Shown here one piece after another: positions 59,619 through 64,000 of a DNA stretch of 64,000 nucleotides; the first letter of the stretch is position 1, and the number at the start of each line of letters is the position of its first letter. Below the pieces are notes generated by a model, which was not told the DNA's origin, did not search any database, and was given only the letters and a program-made list of their open reading frames with translations. This DNA is from Deferribacterales bacterium (GTDB taxonomy: Bacteria; Chrysiogenota; Deferribacteres; Deferribacterales; Geovibrionaceae). The stretch covers positions 1 through 64,000 of the forward strand of contig JBFWLW010000004.1 in assembly GCA_050251945.1 (NCBI GenBank), read 5' to 3'. The position numbers and the translations under genes were made by a program.

Positions 59619-62600
59619 AACTCAACCGCCGTTTTTGCCATTTTTTCTATTATTTCCCTTTTTGGCTTGTGCAAAAAGATGCCGTTATCGCCGGATTGCT
59701 CCACACCGCGCATGAAAACGTATATTCCGCCGCCGATATGCCTGTCAAAGTCATAATCGGGGAGGTATCTTGTCAGATGGACGTGAAGTGCCAGCGTATA
59801 TATATAAAGCTGTAAGTAATAGTGACTGTTAAGCATTTCGTCGAACATACGGCTTCTGGAATAATCCTCCGCGCGACTGCCCAGATAATTTGATTTCCAG
59901 TCCAGAATATAAAATCTGCCGTCAGTTTTGAATATCAGGTCGGCAAAGCCCGTCAGAAAGCCCCTGACTGCGGTGAAATCCAGTGTGGATGCCGCTTTTG
60001 CGAATTCGTTCTCGCCTGCTTCAAGGAAGATATCCGCTATCTGCTTTGCGTCGAAACGACAGGTGGAGAGATTGAACTCCATCTCGTGTACGAAATCGTC
60101 GCGGTCTATGCCCGCAAGGGTTATACCGTCCGTAAGCTCTTTTGTAAGAAGGGTATGTATGTTATCCGTCACTGCCGGAATGAATTTTTCGTCAAAAAAG
60201 TATTTTTTAAGCCTGTCCTTCACAACGGCTTCGATGTTTTTTCTGTCTACGCTTTCAAGGGAGATGTCCTCCATAATTTCGTGTAGGCAGTTGCCCGCCT
60301 TCGCCCCTCTTGGAAAGGTGAAGATATTGTAACCGAAGCTTTTTTCAGCGGTCTGGGGAGCGAACTGATCTGTGTCGCGGTCGGACGATGCCTTATGAAC
60401 CAGTCTGGAAAAGCTGTTCATCTGCCAGCTTTCGGGTATTTGTCCGCTGAAAACACGGTTTTGCGTCTCCGGAGCAGGGCGTTCCGGTTTGTATATCTGC
60501 AAAACAGCTTCCGGAAATGGTTTCAGGTCGATATGTTCGCAGTCTTCCGCAAACTTTCTTACTGTTGCCGCATCGTATTGTATATCTTTTCCCACAGCGC
60601 CGTTTATCATGTAGCCCATTGACGAAACATAGTGCAGGTCAACGGGAGAAAACGCCGTATAGCAGACGGCTTTTGCCCTTGTCAGGGCGACGTATGCCAG
60701 ACGCAGTGATTCCGAAAGAGCCTCGGTGCCTGCCGTTTTTTCGGCATTATCATCCGCTGCCATGTCCATCACCAGTTCGCTCTCTTCGTTGTGATATTTA
60801 GGAAACGATCTGCCGTCCTTCTTTTTGCCGTACATAAGGAACGGGGTGAAAACGATGTTGTATTCAAGCCCCTTGCTTTTGTGAACGGTGGTAATGTTGA
60901 CTGCGTTATCGTCGCTGTCCATCTTTTGCAGATATTCTTCCTCACGTTCCGCCGCTCTTCCTGTTTTTTCCGTGAGCCAGAGAAGGAGCTGGGCGGGTGA
61001 TGCTCTGTGTTCCGCCTCATATTGCTGTGCAAGCTCGGTGAGATGAACGAAATTCGTAATTATACGTTCGCCTCCGCGCCTTATTGCCAGCCGGGTGAAC
61101 ATTGAATATTTTTCCGCCGCCCTGAAAAACACAGGTGCGATGCCTTTTGAACGCATGATGTCCGAAAACTCGGCAAAATCCTCAAAAATACCGTCCATCC
61201 TGTCGGAAAGGGTGAACAGCTCTTCCGCGCTGAATCCGAAAATTTCGGACGCAAGAGCTGTACGCACAGCTTTTTCGGAATATGGGTACACCAGCGCAGT
61301 CACAAAGTGCATCATCTGCTTTGCCTGCGCGGTGTAGAACACGTTTTCGCCGCCCGTGACAACGCACGGGATCCGGAATCTTATGAGAGCGTTGCGCACC
61401 ATAAGCGCCTGCGGGTTGGTGAGGGTCAGAACTGCGAAATCGGAAGGCTGCACAGGGCGCGAACCGTTTTCGTCTTCAAGCTGTGCTTTTGTGTTCAGAA
61501 GCCGCGCTATTTCATATGCGCATTTTTCCGCAGTTGCCGCCGGACTTGGTTTTTCATCGCTGACGTCGTACCAGAAGGTAAGAGGTTTTTGTCTCTCTCT
61601 GTTCTCAATGAGCGACAGCGTGTGTTTCCCCGCCGACGGGTTGTATCCTATCCTGTCGATGCAGAAAGGGTTAGGTTTGATGAAAAAACGGTTCACCGCC
61701 TCCACCAGACCTTTGTCGGAGCGGTGGTTCGTGGTGAGGGTGTATTGTTCCTCCCTGTCCTGCGCGGCTTTCAGGTAAGTGAAAACGTCTGCTCCGCGGA
61801 AGGCGTAAATAGCCTGTTTCGGGTCGCCTATCATAAAGAGAGGACGCTTCGCGGGTGCGAACGTTTCATGGAAGATATCATACTGGAGCGGGTCGGTATC
61901 CTGAAATTCGTCTATCATGGCGGCGCGGTATTTTTTCCGCAGGGTCTCTTTCATGGACATCCCGCCCATGACGGCATCGCGCATCCTGACTATCAGGTCG
62001 GTGTAAGACTGGCTGTCCGCCTGCTGGTTATAATCCTCCAGCGTCTCCACACAGTGATCGTAGAATTCGCATTTTATCATGTCCCTGTAATCGGACAGCA
62101 TGGACTTGAGTGCCGCGCAGAGATCCAGCCAGATTTCTATATCATCATAAAGCGCATGTTTCGGGGCTGTTTTTCCTTTGTTCGGGCAGCTTTCAAGTTT
62201 CCGTGTTGTCAGCAGATGAAATTTAAAGTCGGCGGGCGGGTCGGTTGCTTTTGCCGGGTCAAGATTGGCTAATCCTTCAAAAGTTTTTTCCGCTGAACCT
62301 TTGGCATATGTTCTGCCGTTCAGGTTTGAGTAAATTTCCTGAATCATCTTGGGAACATCGCAATCGCCAAGTGTGTTTTTAACCTGAGCAAAAGCGGCTG
62401 ATATTTTCACCTGAGCAGACTGTATTTCCTCTTCCGTGACGGACGGGCGGTTGATGATGCGCATTGATGGATTTTCCATCATGTTTTTTACGAATTTAAC
62501 CATATCGTCAGGTGTTTCGCCCATCATAAGCTCTGCGAATTCGGGTCTTATGCCGTACATCCGTTTGCGCCAGTAGTCCTGAACCGGACGTTTGAGAAGT

Positions 62601-63040
62601 GAGGACGCATCTCCCGCCAGTTTCGTTCCGAAGGCGATGTTGCCGCCGAATGAGTTTTCCGTCAGCATCTTCTGGCAGAATCCGTGGATTGTGCTTATGC
62701 CGTTCATGTCGAAATCGCGTATTGCCGCGTCAATCTTCTGTTTTGCGTTGTCCGGCAGTCCTTTTGCCAGATAGTTCCTGACGAAGTCGGTTTTTGATTC
62801 CTCTCCGTCCAGAGCCGCACGCATCTCTATGAGCCGTTCGTATATTTTTGTCTTAAGGTCTGTCACTGCCGCCTTTGTGAAGGTGACAACGAGTATCTGC
62901 TCAATGGTTGCGTCAGTTTCCGTCAGCAGACGCACGGTGAGTGCGGTTATGGTATAGGTTTTTCCTGTACCCGCGTTCGCCTCTATGAGGTGGGTGCCGC
63001 CAAGCTGACAGTTAAGAATATCTATATTATTGATCTGCAT
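59615..63040 (-). CDS. recB: Exodeoxyribonuclease V beta subunit
   Basis: EANAGTGKT, IDEFQDTD, IGDPKQAIY, YVALTRA, nuclease GFADL...ILDWKS; start set at MQINN. Confidence 0.94.
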   Translation of the reverse strand: MQINNIDILNCQLGGTHLIEANAGTGKTYTITALTVRLLTETDATIEQILVVTFTKAAVTDLKTKIYERLIEMRAALDGEESKTDFVRNYLAKGLPDNAKQKIDAAIRDFDMNGISTIHGFCQKMLTENSFGGNIAFGTKLAGDASSLLKRPVQDYWRKRMYGIRPEFAELMMGETPDDMVKFVKNMMENPSMRIINRPSVTEEEIQSAQVKISAAFAQVKNTLGDCDVPKMIQEIYSNLNGRTYAKGSAEKTFEGLANLDPAKATDPPADFKFHLLTTRKLESCPNKGKTAPKHALYDDIEIWLDLCAALKSMLSDYRDMIKCEFYDHCVETLEDYNQQADSQSYTDLIVRMRDAVMGGMSMKETLRKKYRAAMIDEFQDTDPLQYDIFHETFAPAKRPLFMIGDPKQAIYAFRGADVFTYLKAAQDREEQYTLTTNHRSDKGLVEAVNRFFIKPNPFCIDRIGYNPSAGKHTLSLIENRERQKPLTFWYDVSDEKPSPAATAEKCAYEIARLLNTKAQLEDENGSRPVQPSDFAVLTLTNPQALMVRNALIRFRIPCVVTGGENVFYTAQAKQMMHFVTALVYPYSEKAVRTALASEIFGFSAEELFTLSDRMDGIFEDFAEFSDIMRSKGIAPVFFRAAEKYSMFTRLAIRRGGERIITNFVHLTELAQQYEAEHRASPAQLLLWLTEKTGRAAEREEEYLQKMDSDDNAVNITTVHKSKGLEYNIVFTPFLMYGKKKDGRSFPKYHNEESELVMDMAADDNAEKTAGTEALSESLRLAYVALTRAKAVCYTAFSPVDLHYVSSMGYMINGAVGKDIQYDAATVRKFAEDCEHIDLKPFPEAVLQIYKPERPAPETQNRVFSGQIPESWQMNSFSRLVHKASSDRDTDQFAPQTAEKSFGYNIFTFPRGAKAGNCLHEIMEDISLESVDRKNIEAVVKDRLKKYFFDEKFIPAVTDNIHTLLTKELTDGITLAGIDRDDFVHEMEFNLSTCRFDAKQIADIFLEAGENEFAKAASTLDFTAVRGFLTGFADLIFKTDGRFYILDWKSNYLGSRAEDYSRSRMFDEMLNSHYYLQLYIYTLALHVHLTRYLPDYDFDRHIGGGIYVFMRGVEQSGDNGIFLHKPKREIIEKMAKTAVEL

Positions 63041-64000
63041 TGTCTTTTTCCGGTGCGCTAAATACGAGTATGCCGTTCTGCGCCAGTTTATCCGCGTATC
63101 CGTCCCGTCCGAAGCAAAGGGCAAATTCCTGTAATACGCCTGCGGTGTCATCCTCTTTAACATCAGGGTAAAGCTTTTTATAAACTTTCCTAAACGCTTT
63201 GAAGCCGTCGTCGGGGGTGAAGCAGAACGGACTTTTAAGACCGTTCAGGAAAATTTCCGCATAGGTCTGCAATGCTTCTTTGCGGCAGTCGGCGGAAAGA
63301 AAAGTCCTTTCTCCCTCTATGTTTATGAGAATGGCGTTTATATCGTACCCTTTGTTCAGGAGGATAAGATGGCGTATCCGCGCCTTTAGCAGGTCTTTCG
63401 GTTTCAGCTTTCCGTTTTTTGTGTATATAAGCCCGTCTTCGGTTATATTGTCTATTCTGAAATTTATCCTCAGATTGCCTACGGTTATGCTGTCGGTGAT
63501 ACTGAACGGCGTTCCGTGCGCCGTAACAGCTTCGCAGACCTGTCCGGATTCTCTGGTTATCTTTTGTTTGTATCCCTCTCCAAGTCCTCCGGCAGGTATT
63601 TGTGCCGTCGCCTGTGCGTATGCCAGCAGGTCGCCCGCATTTTCAGAGTTCAGCATCCTGCGGGTGGTCTCCGCGCGCAGATTGTACTGCTGTAAGGCGT
63701 CCAGCACCAGCCGTTCGGTGTCCGGCAGTGCCTCGAATTTTTCTGAAAGCTCAATGCCAAGTGTGGAGTTCAGAAAATAGCCTGGCGGATTCATGAAGAA
63801 CCGCTCAAAAGCCTCAAGCGAGACCTCCAAAGGCATTTCAGCAGGGAGTTCGCCTGTGCAGAAATTCCTTTCTTCGTATTGGGTTCCGAATACCGATGCA
63901 GCTGCATATCTTTCGGGGCTGTATGTAAAAAGTTTTCCGTCGCCTTTGAAATACTTCCTGCTGAAGCTGTGCAGCGGATGTTCTGTTGCGGTGTTTTCCA
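63027..64000 (-). CDS. recC: Exodeoxyribonuclease V gamma subunit (C-terminal part, runs off window)
   Basis: HPLHSFS..YF, FFMNP...FL...LGI; directly upstream of recB-recD. Confidence 0.85.
   Translation of the reverse strand, partial: ENTATEHPLHSFSRKYFKGDGKLFTYSPERYAAASVFGTQYEERNFCTGELPAEMPLEVSLEAFERFFMNPPGYFLNSTLGIELSEKFEALPDTERLVLDALQQYNLRAETTRRMLNSENAGDLLAYAQATAQIPAGGLGEGYKQKITRESGQVCEAVTAHGTPFSITDSITVGNLRINFRIDNITEDGLIYTKNGKLKPKDLLKARIRHLILLNKGYDINAILINIEGERTFLSADCRKEALQTYAEIFLNGLKSPFCFTPDDGFKAFRKVYKKLYPDVKEDDTAGVLQEFALCFGRDGYADKLAQNGILVFSAPEKDNADQ

Noticed and set aside
63041..63163. 41-aa N-terminal extension of RecB
   Set aside because: Overlaps the recC coding region; MQINN at 63040 places the Walker A motif at the usual position.

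Overview
A 64-kb bacterial chromosomal window. Gene content and order suggest a Deferribacterota-like anaerobe; this is inference, as no search was run. It contains: (i) three near-identical 797-aa flagellin genes plus flaG and a Maf-type flagellin glycosylation gene; (ii) a housekeeping block, rpmE-thyX-DUF559-DUF1385-prfA-prmC-murA-hisG-bamA-skp-lpxD-fabZ-lpxA-lpxI-cheX-pilD-tyrS-DUF1015-rho; (iii) mltB, argB-pcm and an RpoS-like sigma factor with an M24 peptidase; (iv) an alpha-glucan/glycogen cluster built on three GH57 enzymes and ending in ferritin; (v) copZ-cysK, MOSC-MogA, tmk-holB-PSP1-metG-tatD-response regulator-usp and recC(partial)-recB-recD. The most interesting signals are non-coding. 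Each flagellin has a sigma28 promoter and a long 5' leader holding a conserved intrinsic terminator and CsrA-type GGA hairpins, a candidate attenuator or leader sRNA. At least four distinct families of small intergenic repeats occur. One is a REP/REPIN-like family flanking a DUF559 nuclease gene and also carried inside a 153-bp MITE that sits in terminators. Another is a ~135-bp GGA-hairpin element flanked by 34-41 bp duplications of host sequence. No tRNA, rRNA or CRISPR array was recognised.
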